The notes below the pieces were generated by a model, which worked only from the letters and a program-made list of their open reading frames with translations, made no database searches and had not been told where the DNA came from. The translations under genes were made by a program, and so were the position numbers. From positions 15,844 to 79,843 of the IMG/VR virus record IMGVR_UViG_3300008108_004834: 64,000 nt of DNA; one strand, written 5' to 3'. Below, one piece after another: positions 63,720 through 64,000 of the stretch. Numbering within the stretch: the first letter of the stretch is position 1; every line of letters starts with the position of its first letter. The DNA comes from a virus.

Positions 63720-64000
63720 ATGTCGCAACTCTTAAAACATTACTGGTTAGATAGAGATAATGGAGCATGGGCAACATATACCAAATTTGGATTAATGATG
63801 CCAAGAATTTCTGGACTGGAAGTTAGTTATAATTTAACTGATGAAAATGAAATTCCTTTTATGTTATCCACTTGCTCAGATGATGTTGTAATTGAGCAAG
63901 TAACTCCAGGAATTCAAGTTCTTACTCAGCAAGAATGGGATAGTGAAATTGCCTCATATGATTCCAGACAAGAGACTAAGAGATATGATGCACTTCGTCC
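63720..64000 (+). CDS. Hypothetical protein, truncated by window end
   Basis: MSQLLKHYWLDRDNGAWATY...; open to base 64000. Confidence 0.65.
   Translation, partial: MSQLLKHYWLDRDNGAWATYTKFGLMMPRISGLEVSYNLTDENEIPFMLSTCSDDVVIEQVTPGIQVLTQQEWDSEIASYDSRQETKRYDALR

Noticed and set aside
1-64000. tRNA/rRNA genes and alternative genetic code
   Set aside because: No cloverleaf with T-loop/CCA was seen in the intergenic gaps, and core genes translate full-length with the standard code.

Overview
This window is 64 kb of an AT-rich T4-like cyanomyovirus genome (Kyanoviridae-type; the host is probably a Synechococcus/Cyanobium-type picocyanobacterium, by inference). From left to right it holds five blocks. 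(1) Glycosyltransferases, an SLH/porin-like gene, pstS and a hli-petF-petE-hli-peroxiredoxin cluster. (2) A lysis/accessory island: an endolysin, a thermonuclease, a PilZ-domain protein and hypotheticals. (3) psbA, an EndoVII homing endonuclease, psbD, talC and gnd. (4) The conserved T4-like core: nrdC, speD, thyX, phoH, exonuclease, gp33, gp59, gp32, gp53, gp48, gp2, gp4, gp54-like, gp26, gp51, large hub/tape-measure-like proteins, cp12, gp5-related genes and a 1960-aa structural protein. (5) A tail-fibre locus in which three 12-bladed Kelch-like propeller genes alternate with modifying enzymes (GT-A glycosyltransferase, GT4-FkbM fusion, prolyl-hydroxylase-type 2OG-Fe(II) oxygenase). The strongest unexplained signals are five. 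First, a complete -1 programmed frameshift signal (A_AAA_AAG, 5-nt spacer, perfect 11-bp hairpin) joins a C39-like peptidase to an otherwise start-less lysozyme. Second, a phage PilZ protein lies near an Arg-rich DRR/ERR peptide, a possible c-di-GMP interference module. Third, the propeller/modifying-enzyme cassettes share near-identical DNA junctions. Fourth, HLR1-like boxes precede the photosynthesis genes. Fifth, the 3' end of psbA is locally recoded next to the homing endonuclease. No tRNA, rRNA or CRISPR array was seen. All assignments come from motif recognition by eye, not from database searches.
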